From: Pseudomonas phage PaBG
Sequence record: KF147891.1
Direction: 5' to 3' (one strand)
Length of the DNA: 64,000 bases
In this document: one piece after another, positions 46,351 through 55,700 of the stretch
How positions within the stretch are numbered: the first letter of the stretch is position 1
How the letters are laid out: each line of letters starts with the position of its first letter
Made by a program: the position numbers and the translations under genes
The notes under the pieces: generated by a model
Database searches by the model: none
What the model was told of the DNA's origin: nothing
The model's input: only the letters and a program-made list of their open reading frames with translations

Positions 46351-48296
46351 GCATCATGGACAAGACTACTCTTTCTAAAATCAAACGGAATCCCAGAGGG
46401 TTTGCCGAGGGCTTGACCCTCGGTGAGCTCCGCAAAACACTGCAACACTTCGACTACGAATATCACGACAAGAACCAAAGCTCGGTCCCTGACCAGGTGT
46501 ATGACGTTCTCCGCGATGTTCACGATGAGCGCTCCAAGAAACCGTATTCCCGCGTGGGTGCCAAAAGCTCGCACGCGGCTCGTCGCGTCAAACTACCTGA
46601 ACCAATGGGTAGTCTTTCCAAGCTCAAGCCCGGCTCGTCCGGGCTTTTGGCGTTCCTGGACAAAGGCCCGTTCGTTGTTTCCGATAAGGAAGACGGCATT
46701 AGCCTGGAGCTGATCTACGAGAACCACGTGCTCTCGCGTGCGTTGCAGCGTGGTGACGGCAAGATCGGCACGGATTCCTCGGGCGTGATCCCTGCTCTCA
46801 AGGTTCCGCAGCGCGTCAAGGTACCTGAACTCATCGTTCGCGTTGAGTTCACCATGACCAAGCAGACATTTGACCGTCACTTCAACAGCGCCAAGGGCGG
46901 ACAATACGACACCGCGCGTAACGGTGCCGGCGGCCTGCTCAATCGTAACGAGCCGACGCAAGCCATCAGCAAGATCAAGTGTATCGCACACGAAATCATG
47001 CGTGGCCCGTTTGCCCGCAAGGCTCCGAGCAAGCAGTTCGCCTACTTGAAATCGCTGGGTTTCGACGTGGTACCGCATAAGGTATACCCGACGCTAAGCG
47101 AGAAGGTGCTGTCCAATCTGCTGGCTCTGCGCAAGGCTCGCTCCAAGCGCGAAATCGATGGCATCGTTGTTGCCCAAGATCGTCCGTACACCGTTGTGGG
47201 TAAGTACCCAAGCCACGCGTTCGCCTTCAAGATCAACGATCTGGAGTCGAGCGTCCTCGTCAAGGTCAAGGACGTTGAGTTCAACGAGTCTCGCTACGGT
47301 CGATTGGCTCCACGCATCCTGATCGAACCGACGAAGATCGGCGGCGTCATGGTCGAACACTTCACTGGCCACAATGGGTTCTACATCGAGCACGGCTACA
47401 CGTCGAAGCTCAAGGGCTCTCAGATTCCGTACGAGCCACGCCCGATCAACAAGGGCGCCACGATTCGTGCAGTACGGTCTGGTGACGTGATTCCGTACAT
47501 CGTGGAAGTCGTCAAGGCTGCCAAGAAACCTGCACAGCCTGATGTCCCGTTCGAGTCTGATGGTGTGCATTACTACGCCAAGCACGGCGGTGGCGATGAC
47601 CGTAAGGCCAAGTTGCTGCTCAACTTCTTCACGGCGTTGGAAGTGGATGGGATCAAGCGCGGCACTATCGACATTCTGATCGAGAACGGCTTCGACACCA
47701 TCAAGAAGATCATCACGGCTGAGGCTGCTGACTTCGAGGAGATTCCTCGTTTCGGCCATACTAAGGCAGTGACTCTGGAACGCAACATTCGCAACAGCCT
47801 AGCCAAGAACGCAACTCTAGCCAAGCTCGGTGCGGGTAGTGCCTTGTTCGGTGACAAGTTCGGGGAGTCCCGCCTGAATGAGCTGTTTAAGGCATTGCCG
47901 AACATCGTCTACTCGGATATGTCCCAGCGCCAGATGGTTGCAGCCATCCAAGAGATTCGCGGCTTCAAGGAGCTGGCGATCAAGGCGGCCGAGGCCATGC
48001 CGAAATTCCGCCTGTTCCTGAAGCGCCTAGGCGTCAAAGTTGTGCAGCCCAAAGTGCTGAAATCCAAGAGTGCTAAGCTGGCCGGTATGTCCATCCTGTT
48101 CACCTCGGTACGCGATAAAGAGCTGGCTGAGTGGATCGTGACGAACGGTGGTAAGCTGGCATCCAGCGTCAAGTCAGCTAATTTACTCATCGTGAAGGAC
48201 GAGTTCTCTACCAACAACAAGACCGAGTATGCCAATGCAAATGGCATCCCGGTTATGTCCCTGGATAAGTTCAGGGCCAAATACAAGGTGACGTGA
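46347..48296 (+). CDS. ligA: NAD-dependent DNA ligase (LigA-type)
   Basis: Adenylation motif VVSDKEDGISLELIY (KxDG). EIDGIVV. SGDVIPYIVEV (compare E. coli LigA SGDVIPQVV). Helix-hairpin-helix GIKRGTIDILIENGF ... IPRFGHTKA. C-terminal BRCT region LAGMSILFTSV ... GGKLASSVKSANLLIV ... ANANGIPVMS. Confidence 0.85.
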   Translation: MSIMDKTTLSKIKRNPRGFAEGLTLGELRKTLQHFDYEYHDKNQSSVPDQVYDVLRDVHDERSKKPYSRVGAKSSHAARRVKLPEPMGSLSKLKPGSSGLLAFLDKGPFVVSDKEDGISLELIYENHVLSRALQRGDGKIGTDSSGVIPALKVPQRVKVPELIVRVEFTMTKQTFDRHFNSAKGGQYDTARNGAGGLLNRNEPTQAISKIKCIAHEIMRGPFARKAPSKQFAYLKSLGFDVVPHKVYPTLSEKVLSNLLALRKARSKREIDGIVVAQDRPYTVVGKYPSHAFAFKINDLESSVLVKVKDVEFNESRYGRLAPRILIEPTKIGGVMVEHFTGHNGFYIEHGYTSKLKGSQIPYEPRPINKGATIRAVRSGDVIPYIVEVVKAAKKPAQPDVPFESDGVHYYAKHGGGDDRKAKLLLNFFTALEVDGIKRGTIDILIENGFDTIKKIITAEAADFEEIPRFGHTKAVTLERNIRNSLAKNATLAKLGAGSALFGDKFGESRLNELFKALPNIVYSDMSQRQMVAAIQEIRGFKELAIKAAEAMPKFRLFLKRLGVKVVQPKVLKSKSAKLAGMSILFTSVRDKELAEWIVTNGGKLASSVKSANLLIVKDEFSTNNKTEYANANGIPVMSLDKFRAKYKVT

Positions 48297-48721
48297 TGGC
48301 GGCAATCAAAATCAACCTCGCGGAAGCGGCTAATCGGGATGATCCTGATTTTGCCGCATTGCGTCAGCATCCGCGTTACGGTGATGCCGTGAAAATACTG
48401 CAGGCGCGTGGTTTGCGTCCGCAGGGCGTTCGCGGCTACCCAGCACTGCTCGACATTCTCAAGCAATTCGATGATGGAACGGTCGACGTTAAACGTGAGA
48501 GCGAGCCGCTGGCGCTTGCCAACCTGCGACGTGATCTTCCGCGTGAACTGGAAAAGCTGCGCGAACTTCAAGGCATCGTCAAGTCCATGCAGGATGAAGA
48601 TGTTGAACCCGAGGAGCTCGAAGCCGCACTTCAGGATGTCCAACACCAACTGCATCGTGTGGCAGGTTTGCGTAAGGCGATCACTCGCTTGTACGACCGC
48701 CATCGCAAACAAAAGAACTAG
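48296..48721 (+). CDS. hypothetical protein (141 aa)
   Basis: ATG overlapping the ligase stop (GTG at 48293 is an alternative start). A GCTAATTT element lies about 115 nt upstream, inside the ligase gene. Confidence 0.35.
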   Translation: MAAIKINLAEAANRDDPDFAALRQHPRYGDAVKILQARGLRPQGVRGYPALLDILKQFDDGTVDVKRESEPLALANLRRDLPRELEKLRELQGIVKSMQDEDVEPEELEAALQDVQHQLHRVAGLRKAITRLYDRHRKQKN

Positions 48722-48729
48722 GAGTTCTC

Positions 48730-49659
48730 ATGGCACTCATTCATATCAATGCTGACGGTTCTTTCGAGGCTGTTGCTGCTGGCAGTTCGTTCGATACTGC
48801 CTACAAGGAACTCAAGGCGAAAGTCACTGCGTTGAAGGCCGACATCGCCGCGGCTCGAAAAACGGTGAACCCGCTCAAGCGCATCGCCGGCCTGAAACTG
48901 CAATTGCAGCACGCCCAGCCCAAACGCGCAGCCAAGATCAAAGAAATGATCAACGGCCTGCGCACCAAATTCAACCTCAGTCCAAAAGCGACCATCGGCG
49001 GTACTCAACGCGCTGTTGACAAGATGGAGACGCAACTGGCCAAGGTCGAAGCGCGTATTGAAAAACTGCGCGAGAAGAACTCCAACCGTCTTCAACCAAA
49101 GACGCCTGCCAAGAAGGCAAGCCAGCCTACCGCCAAGAAAGCAGTGACCCGCAAAGTCAGCTTCGACACGGAAGCTCGTCGCGCCGCCCGTGAGACCACC
49201 ATGGGCATCAAGGGCAAGTTGCGTGAACTGGACGCCAAGTCCAAAGAGCCGACCAAGAAGAAGCCCGCCAAGGCAACAGTCAAGCATCCAGGCAGCGTAA
49301 GCACTGGCGCCAAAGCAACTGTGTTGGCTACGATCAAGCAGATCAAAGCTGACATCGCCAAGGGCCTGACGGGTCCGAAGCTGGCCCGTGCACAGGCTGA
49401 ACTCAAGAAGCAGCGCGCTGCTCTGCGGGAACTGCGTAAAGGCGAGTCTGCCAAGAACGCTGCTGCCGTAGCTCCGCGTGCCAAGGCTTCCAAAGCTGGT
49501 ATGGGCAGCGCCGACAAGAAGCCCTCCTCGAACGAGAAGCGCATCGAGTCGCTGCGTGCCAAGCTCAAGCCGCTGAAACCAGGCTCGCCCGAGTATCGTC
49601 AGATCATGACCAAGATCAAGACGCTGCAAGGCCGTTCTCCCGTCGGTGGCAACCGCTGA
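48730..49659 (+). CDS. hypothetical K/A-rich coiled-coil protein (309 aa)
   Basis: RBS AGGAG; lysine-rich and helical; no motif. Confidence 0.35.
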   Translation: MALIHINADGSFEAVAAGSSFDTAYKELKAKVTALKADIAAARKTVNPLKRIAGLKLQLQHAQPKRAAKIKEMINGLRTKFNLSPKATIGGTQRAVDKMETQLAKVEARIEKLREKNSNRLQPKTPAKKASQPTAKKAVTRKVSFDTEARRAARETTMGIKGKLRELDAKSKEPTKKKPAKATVKHPGSVSTGAKATVLATIKQIKADIAKGLTGPKLARAQAELKKQRAALRELRKGESAKNAAAVAPRAKASKAGMGSADKKPSSNEKRIESLRAKLKPLKPGSPEYRQIMTKIKTLQGRSPVGGNR

Positions 49660-49731
49660 TAAGCAACACCAGTACCGTGGCTCGGACTAACCATCCGAGT
49701 CGCGGTTTGTCCGCATCTACGGAGCACGTCA

Positions 49732-50082
49732 ATGCAGCTACTCATTGCCATGGCCTCTGCGGAGGACACGCTGAACGAACGTATCCGAGCGCAGCGGAAG
49801 AAGCTGCAGGACATACGTCGCCAGCTCCAACTGTTCAATCGTATTCGACCGTTGCGTGCGTCCATCAAACGCAACCTGACGACTGCGAAGAACACCAAAG
49901 ACGACAACACCTTGAAACGCCTTAAGGTAGAGCGGCGTAACGCTGCGGCGCGCATTGCAGTTCTGGAGAAGAGCCTGACATCCAAGTCGTCAGAGGCTCA
50001 ATTGAAGGAGCAGTTGAAGCGCCAATCGGAACGGCTCAATGACCTGAACACCAAGCTACGGGAGCTGCGCACTGCGGCCTAG
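49732..50082 (+). CDS. hypothetical coiled-coil protein (116 aa)
   Basis: Preceded by a weak hairpin (CTCGGA ... TCCGAG) at about 49678-49700. Confidence 0.3.
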   Translation: MQLLIAMASAEDTLNERIRAQRKKLQDIRRQLQLFNRIRPLRASIKRNLTTAKNTKDDNTLKRLKVERRNAAARIAVLEKSLTSKSSEAQLKEQLKRQSERLNDLNTKLRELRTAA

Positions 50083-50091
50083 GGAAACGTC

Positions 50092-50580
50092 TTGAAATTC
50101 CCCAAGAATCCACGGGACATCGCCAAGTTCATCGATTTCCTAAGAGTGCTGTGTGCGTCGATTAACGGTAAGCCCGAGGGCTTTATCGGCACTGCCAAAG
50201 GCGTGGAATCCGCACACTGTCACACGCGCGTCGCCAAGTTCCTGCAGACGCACGCATCCGAACAACCAAAAGCAATGGTCGTTATCCTGGGTACTCCAGG
50301 TAGTTACTACGCCGTTGCGCACTCGCTCGTGGTGAGTGCAGATGAATCTGCCATCATTGTGGATGCCTACACTGGGCACTTCCTCGAAGGGCAGTACATC
50401 ACCGACTTGCAGGGTCACAAGAAGCACTACCTGATCTACGCTGCGTACTACGCCGCCGACCTTGTCACCCTAGCCAAGGCAGACAACTTCGAGGAAGCGC
50501 TTGAGCATCTGCGCGTCGCACCATTCAAGGGTGACGACATCCCATCGATTGGTCATGCCAAGGTACAAATCAAGAAGTGA
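50092..50580 (+). CDS. hypothetical protein (TTG start per track)
   Basis: Track ORF only; no motif. Confidence 0.3.
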   Translation: MKFPKNPRDIAKFIDFLRVLCASINGKPEGFIGTAKGVESAHCHTRVAKFLQTHASEQPKAMVVILGTPGSYYAVAHSLVVSADESAIIVDAYTGHFLEGQYITDLQGHKKHYLIYAAYYAADLVTLAKADNFEEALEHLRVAPFKGDDIPSIGHAKVQIKK

Positions 50581-50629
50581 GTGGCAGGATGCCCTCCTAA
50601 CTCAAATGGAATCTAAACAGGAAGCGGAT

Positions 50630-51904
50630 ATGAAACTTGCAGTCTACGCCATTGCGAAGAACGAAGCCAAACACGTCGAGCGCTGGTACGAGTCGGTAAA
50701 AGACGCCGACGAAATCATCGTGCTGGACACCGGCTCCACCGATGGAACCCAGAAGCTACTGAGCGATCTGGGCGTGCGTGTTGCCTCGATGGCTTTTGAA
50801 CCTTTCCGATTCGACACCGCCCGAAACGCGGCACTGAATCTGGTGAGCCTCGACGCCGACTACTGCATGTTCATCGACTTGGATGAGACCATGCCCAAGG
50901 GTAGCATCGCTGCCATTCGCAAGGCCATCAACAAGACTCAGAAGGACATGTACGCCCTGCGCCTGGTCTTCAAGTTTGACCACAAACGCCAGCCGATCGT
51001 GTCGTACCCGCGCGAAGCCGTACACCGCCGCAACGCTTTCTACTGGAAGTACCCTGTACACGAACTGCTCGCCTGCCATCAGGGCGAATACTCGTATGAG
51101 GAGCTCAACGTCCAGGTGTTCCACGAGCCGGATGAAACGAAAGAGCGCTCCTCGTATCTGAGCCTGCTGGAAACAGCCGTCGAAGAAAACCCGAACGATC
51201 CGCGTCAGGCGCAGTATCTGGGCCGTGAGTACATGTACCAAGGCCGCCCGTTCGATGCTCAGATGTGGCTCAAGCGCCACATTCAAATGGAACCACACGG
51301 TCCGTTCCGTTCAGAGTCTGCGTCGTACATTGCCCAGTGTTTCCTGATGCTCGAAGGGCAAGTCGAAGAGGCTATCGACGAAGCTGAGGCTTGGTACTTC
51401 CGAGCCATCGCCGAGTTCAATAGTGCCCGTGAACCGTTCTGTGAACTGGCGGACCTTTACTTCAAGTGCCATGAGTTCGAGAGTGCCATCGGCATGTTGA
51501 AGTCGGCCATGCGTATTCCAGCGAAGCCGAATGTCGCCATGATCAGCCGAGACGAGTTCTACTCGCACTGGCCGCATCACATGCTCGCTGCCTGCTACTT
51601 CAACATCGGCAATCGCACGGCAGCAAAATACCACATCCAAGAAGCGATGAAGTCTGCTGGCACTCTCAGCGGTCACCTCGCAAACGACATCGTGAAAATT
51701 CTGGGGCTCGAAAATGCTACTCAGTCTCTCCTTGGCGTCGAAGCCAGCTCGGGTGTCGAAGGACACGTTCCTGAAGATGGGCCCGAGCAAACAGAAGCAG
51801 TATCTGACCCACTACCCTCGGAGCAGCCATCGCTTTCTTCTCGCCAAGAAAGCCAAAGCTCCGAAACCGGAAGTGCAGCCGCGTCGTCGCCTGTCTCGGA
51901 ATGA
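50630..51904 (+). CDS. family 2 glycosyltransferase (GT-A fold) with a C-terminal TPR-like region
   Basis: MKLAVYAIAKNEAKHVERW ... IIVLDTGSTDGT ... FIDLDE is a typical GT2 N-terminus with DxD. C-terminal half YLGREYMYQGRPFDAQMWLKRH ... FCELADLYFKCHEFESAIGML ... is TPR-like. The last 42 codons are low-complexity and overlap the next ORF. Confidence 0.6.
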   Translation: MKLAVYAIAKNEAKHVERWYESVKDADEIIVLDTGSTDGTQKLLSDLGVRVASMAFEPFRFDTARNAALNLVSLDADYCMFIDLDETMPKGSIAAIRKAINKTQKDMYALRLVFKFDHKRQPIVSYPREAVHRRNAFYWKYPVHELLACHQGEYSYEELNVQVFHEPDETKERSSYLSLLETAVEENPNDPRQAQYLGREYMYQGRPFDAQMWLKRHIQMEPHGPFRSESASYIAQCFLMLEGQVEEAIDEAEAWYFRAIAEFNSAREPFCELADLYFKCHEFESAIGMLKSAMRIPAKPNVAMISRDEFYSHWPHHMLAACYFNIGNRTAAKYHIQEAMKSAGTLSGHLANDIVKILGLENATQSLLGVEASSGVEGHVPEDGPEQTEAVSDPLPSEQPSLSSRQESQSSETGSAAASSPVSE

Positions 51905-53105
51905 GTACGAAGGGCTGACCAAGAAGCACAAGGCCAAGTACGATGAGCAGTTCCCCAAGAGCCGCCATCGTACAAAGCATAAGGCCTCGAAGCGTGCGAA
52001 AGGCGACTACAAGCACGACGCGCGGGAGACCAAGCGTCAGGCAGGCGCGCGCCGCAAAGCCAATCAGGTGGAAGTCGATAAGCAACGCAACGTCATTGTG
52101 GATGACGGTGCAGGCGTGATCAACCGAGAGAGCGTTAAAGCTCTTGGTCAAATCAAGTCCACCCACCTGCATCAGGCTGCTGCCAATATCGATAACAACC
52201 GCGACGAAGCGCACGACGTTATCGACATGCAGCTCAAGGACAAACCCAACCTGAAAGATCGTGGCCTAGAAGCGCTGCGTGAAATGATGGAAGGTGATGG
52301 GCTGCTTGAGGGCAAGCATGACGCCGAAGATGACGATGAGCGCCAAGCCGTAGACGACGAAGGTAATCCACTCTTCGGCGAAGACAACAAGGCCCTCACT
52401 GAGAAGGACAAGAAGGCACAAGATGCCGAGTCTGACGAGGAAGAGGAAGAACCCAAACCGAAGAAAAAGAAAAAGAACGACCGATCGCATCGAGACAGCA
52501 AGAAGTTCCGCGACGGTAAAGCCGTTCTCGGCATGATCGTCAAAGGCGCTCTTGTCGTAGGTGCCGTAGGGTTGATCGCCGTTGCTGCCGGTCCATTGTC
52601 TATGGTGATTGCTCGCGGCATGCTTGACCTGTACGGCGACATCCGTAGCCTATCGTCTTCCGCTGCCGATGAGCTTGCCAAGTCCAAGGACGAGCGCAAC
52701 TACGATACCATCGACGAACTCATCACACAGACGGTTAGCTACCTGCGCAACATGGACATGGACGATCTGCATGATCAGTCCAAAGAAATGTTTGCCGCCT
52801 TGGCTGCCCAGGACGTCGATGTTTATCAGGTGGCGTTCGATGCCATTCTACCACTTGTGCATGAACGTCCGCGTGGCCGCGTAGGCAAAAACTTCTTCGG
52901 GGGTACCTACGCCAACATGCAGACACTCGCCGACGCCATCGGCAAGGCCCTCGACCAGAAGGGTGTGCTCAAAGAGCATGAGTACCACAAGAGCGACATA
53001 GACGAGTGCCATCTGTTCTACTGCACAGATGCGAAACGCACGTTGGTCGCCCTTGGCATGAACGAAACCATCGGCATCTATCACGTTGCCTTACTGAATT
53101 GGTAG
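51777..53105 (+). CDS. hypothetical charged protein with an acidic tract and one predicted TM segment (start uncertain)
   Basis: The first ATG in frame (MGPSKQKQ...) overlaps the GT gene by 128 nt. Third-codon-position G+C in the overlap looks higher in this frame than in the GT frame. EEEEPKPKKKKKND tract. Hydrophobic AVLGMIVKGALVVGAVGLIAVAAGPLSMVIA. Confidence 0.3.
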   Translation: MGPSKQKQYLTHYPRSSHRFLLAKKAKAPKPEVQPRRRLSRNEYEGLTKKHKAKYDEQFPKSRHRTKHKASKRAKGDYKHDARETKRQAGARRKANQVEVDKQRNVIVDDGAGVINRESVKALGQIKSTHLHQAAANIDNNRDEAHDVIDMQLKDKPNLKDRGLEALREMMEGDGLLEGKHDAEDDDERQAVDDEGNPLFGEDNKALTEKDKKAQDAESDEEEEEPKPKKKKKNDRSHRDSKKFRDGKAVLGMIVKGALVVGAVGLIAVAAGPLSMVIARGMLDLYGDIRSLSSSAADELAKSKDERNYDTIDELITQTVSYLRNMDMDDLHDQSKEMFAALAAQDVDVYQVAFDAILPLVHERPRGRVGKNFFGGTYANMQTLADAIGKALDQKGVLKEHEYHKSDIDECHLFYCTDAKRTLVALGMNETIGIYHVALLNW

Positions 53106-53111
53106 GTTCGT

Positions 53112-53453
53112 ATGGAGCGTATCACCTACAAATGCGACAAGGCCGAGCACAAACTGCCTCTGGCTCAGCGCAAGAACTGGCACGTCTATCTCGGTGAGAA
53201 GTTGATTGCAACCATCGCCGCGACTGATGATGTCTCCAGTGACCGTAGCCATTCGCTGCGCATCTGGAAAGCTAAGATGTATCACACCGGCTTCGATCCG
53301 TTCGACTTCCCCCACCACAGTGAAGGGGATGAGGAAGAGAAGACCAAGCCGCACGTGGCCTTAGCTGACGGCAAGCCAGTGCTCATCAATCCTCAGCCCA
53401 TGACTATGCGTGAAGCTCGGTCGTGGGTTCGTCATGTAGTGCAGAGGGGCTAA
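53112..53453 (+). CDS. hypothetical protein (113 aa)
   Basis: ATG start; no motif. Confidence 0.35.
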   Translation: MERITYKCDKAEHKLPLAQRKNWHVYLGEKLIATIAATDDVSSDRSHSLRIWKAKMYHTGFDPFDFPHHSEGDEEEKTKPHVALADGKPVLINPQPMTMREARSWVRHVVQRG

Positions 53454-53458
53454 CTCGA

Positions 53459-54223
53459 ATGCAATTGGTTCTGAAAGGAAAAAGCGACCTGATGATGTCG
53501 CGCAGCTTCGCCATCGGCGCACCGCCTACCGAGCTGTCCAACGTCGAAAACACGAAACAAGGTCTGACCCTCACTGGTCAGCAAGCAGGCGGTGACGCTC
53601 GCATCCTCGACGCGCACATCTGGCTGCCGAAAGCCGCCAAGCACTATCGCCTGAGTGAAGACCTGCGCGACTACATCGTCGTTCCGGTGCCAAGCATCAT
53701 CACGTCGATCCCCAATACCAACGGGGACAGCGCCAGCTTCGCACAGCTCACGGAGTTCAATCCTGAGTATGGCATGATGGCGTATCGTACCTGGGTGGGC
53801 AAGCCCACGCACGTCGAGCACGACAACAAGGACATCACCAAAGCGAAAGGCGTCATTCTTGACACCTACCTGCGGCCGCTTCCACGTCATCCGAAGTTTG
53901 CCAAGCTGGTGAAGCTGATGGCTTTCGACCGCACCAAGGACTCGTTCCTCGTGAACAAAATCCTGCGCAATGAAGTCAGCACCTACTCCATGGGTATGTG
54001 GTATTCGTCCTACACCTGCCCGATCTGCGCTCAACGTGTAGGCAAGGGCATTGGCCAGCCGTGTGCGCATACTCGCCCGCGTCGTCCAACCTACCAACTG
54101 CCGGATGGTCGCCTGGCCTATCGCCAGTGTGAAGGCTTGATCGGCTTCGAGACTTCGGTTGTGATGGACCCTGCGTATGTCGTTGCGCAGTCGGACATCG
54201 TCTGGGACATTTCGAGGCTCTGA
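53459..54223 (+). CDS. hypothetical protein with a C-terminal Cys-rich (Zn-ribbon-like) segment
   Basis: The first ATG (MQLVLKGK...) is 6 nt after the upstream stop. CPICAQ ... CAHTRP ... YRQCEG. Confidence 0.35.
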   Translation: MQLVLKGKSDLMMSRSFAIGAPPTELSNVENTKQGLTLTGQQAGGDARILDAHIWLPKAAKHYRLSEDLRDYIVVPVPSIITSIPNTNGDSASFAQLTEFNPEYGMMAYRTWVGKPTHVEHDNKDITKAKGVILDTYLRPLPRHPKFAKLVKLMAFDRTKDSFLVNKILRNEVSTYSMGMWYSSYTCPICAQRVGKGIGQPCAHTRPRRPTYQLPDGRLAYRQCEGLIGFETSVVMDPAYVVAQSDIVWDISRL

Positions 54224-54224
54224 T

Positions 54225-54626
54225 ATGCGAAATCGCTGGGTGGATCAAACCACGTTTTATGATCCGGAAGCAAAGGGCGGCGGCAACTGTGCAGAGGCGT
54301 GCGTGGCGTCTCTGTTCAACATCCCGCTGGAAGACGTACCCACGTTTTTCGACAAAACCGATCCTGATCCTGCGTATCGCTACTGGCGCAATCTGGAAAA
54401 CTTCATGTTCTCCCGTGGCTACTGGCTACAGCGCGAGGACTGTGAGTACGTTTTCGAGGGCACGTATATGGTCAGCGGTCCGTCAGCACGTGGCTGCCTT
54501 CACATGGTAATCTACCAGAACGGCGAGTTGCTGCACGATCCGCACCCGTCCAGGAAGGGTGTCCAGAAAGTGACCCAGACGTGGCTGCTCATTCCACTGG
54601 ACCCAGCAAACTTCAAACGAGAGTAA
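54225..54626 (+). CDS. hypothetical protein (133 aa)
   Basis: ATG 2 nt after the upstream stop (MRNRWVDQ...). Confidence 0.35.
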   Translation: MRNRWVDQTTFYDPEAKGGGNCAEACVASLFNIPLEDVPTFFDKTDPDPAYRYWRNLENFMFSRGYWLQREDCEYVFEGTYMVSGPSARGCLHMVIYQNGELLHDPHPSRKGVQKVTQTWLLIPLDPANFKRE

Positions 54627-54631
54627 CTGCC

Positions 54632-55165
54632 ATGCAGATCAAGGTAGCTATGTATAGCGCAGAAGCAGCGAACAAGCTCAGCCATATCCCCTACACAGGA
54701 ACCAACGGCCTGTACTCCGCAGTGGTCCCGACTCCAGGGTCCATCGAAGCCATCATCAAGCTCGCGGACGAGCTGGAGCTGTCCCCGGAAGAGGATGCGC
54801 TGCACGCTACAGTGATCTACAGTAAGAAGGCGCCTGGGGATAACGTCGAGGCCGTGAAGCGAATCGCAGATTCCGATTACGCCTACCACGGCGTCATCAA
54901 CGCGGTAGAGCACTGGGTCGGCCACAACGGCAAGACCTATATAGTGCTCAAGCTGGTGAGTGCTGGCATCGTTCTCGCCAACGCCAGCTTGCAGCGCATG
55001 GGCGCCGAGCACACGTTCGTCCCGTTCTCTCCGCACATCACCTTGAGTGACGACGTTCCTGTAGACGAAGCCATGCAAGCCCGCATCGATTTCGTGAACA
55101 AGCGCCTGGCTTTCGACCCGATCGAGGTCAAGCTCATCAACCAGATCGTCGGTGACTTGGATTGA
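54632..55165 (+). CDS. 2H phosphoesterase superfamily protein (LigT / 2'-5' RNA ligase / cyclic phosphodiesterase-like)
   Basis: 177 aa. Two H-x-(T/S)-x motifs at the expected spacing: LHATVIYS and PHITLSD. Confidence 0.5.
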   Translation: MQIKVAMYSAEAANKLSHIPYTGTNGLYSAVVPTPGSIEAIIKLADELELSPEEDALHATVIYSKKAPGDNVEAVKRIADSDYAYHGVINAVEHWVGHNGKTYIVLKLVSAGIVLANASLQRMGAEHTFVPFSPHITLSDDVPVDEAMQARIDFVNKRLAFDPIEVKLINQIVGDLD

Positions 55166-55280
55166 AGAAGCCCAAGAAGCGCAAAGGTAAGAAGTCCGTG
55201 CGCATCAAGGTGCCTTTGTTCCCTAATCAAGGCACCCCTGCCGAGACGGATGTCGTTCAACTCCCACCAGAGAATCGCTT

Positions 55281-55700
55281 ATGAGTATGCTCTGTGCGTC
55301 TCCGTATCGCGCGCCGAAAGTCAGACCTCCGATTGAAACTGACTTGTGGCCGCGCTACGGACTGGGCCGCCTCGAAACCTACGACAACCAAGCGATGATG
55401 GACATCGCCTTGGCGACGGAGCACGAGGACCCGCTCAACAACCCAACTTTCGTCTTGCCTGCGATAGACGAAACCCTCTATTACTACTACATAGTCCCGC
55501 TTGCCTACGGTAACGCCACGTTCTACGGACCGAGCGGATTCGCAGGTGGCTGGGACGGGGCAAGCTGGCCGCTCGATGACGTAGGCGAGGAGTACGGTCC
55601 TGTCGAAATCACGTATCGCGGCAATCAGTATCTGCTCTATCGCACCGACTTCGGCGGCGGCCAGGGCGGTACGTACACCGTGACCTTCGCCAATGGCTAA
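55281..55700 (+). CDS. small protein (139 aa) carrying the shared YRTDF module
   Basis: FYGPSGFAGGWDGASWPLDDVGEEYGPVEITYRGNQYLLYRTDFGGGQGGTYTVTF is homologous to the C-terminus of the 1524-aa protein and to an internal segment of the protein starting at 61933. Confidence 0.4.
   Translation: MSMLCASPYRAPKVRPPIETDLWPRYGLGRLETYDNQAMMDIALATEHEDPLNNPTFVLPAIDETLYYYYIVPLAYGNATFYGPSGFAGGWDGASWPLDDVGEEYGPVEITYRGNQYLLYRTDFGGGQGGTYTVTFANG

Noticed and set aside
49676-49703. Hairpin CTCGGA ... TCCGAG as a terminator after the 48730 gene.
   Set aside because: Only 6 perfect base pairs and no following U-tract. It may be a weak RNA structure, but it is not convincing as a terminator.
50630-51904. Reading the GT2-TPR protein as an O-GlcNAc-transferase-like toxin or effector.
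   Set aside because: The TPR region is C-terminal and short. There is nothing to distinguish that reading from a generic GT2. Kept as a generic glycosyltransferase.
52266-52490. 74-aa reverse-strand ORF that looks like a TM protein (F/L-rich).
   Set aside because: It is the antisense of the GAA/GAG/AAG-rich acidic-basic tract of the 51777 ORF. The complement of Glu/Lys codons gives Phe/Leu, so it is an artefact.
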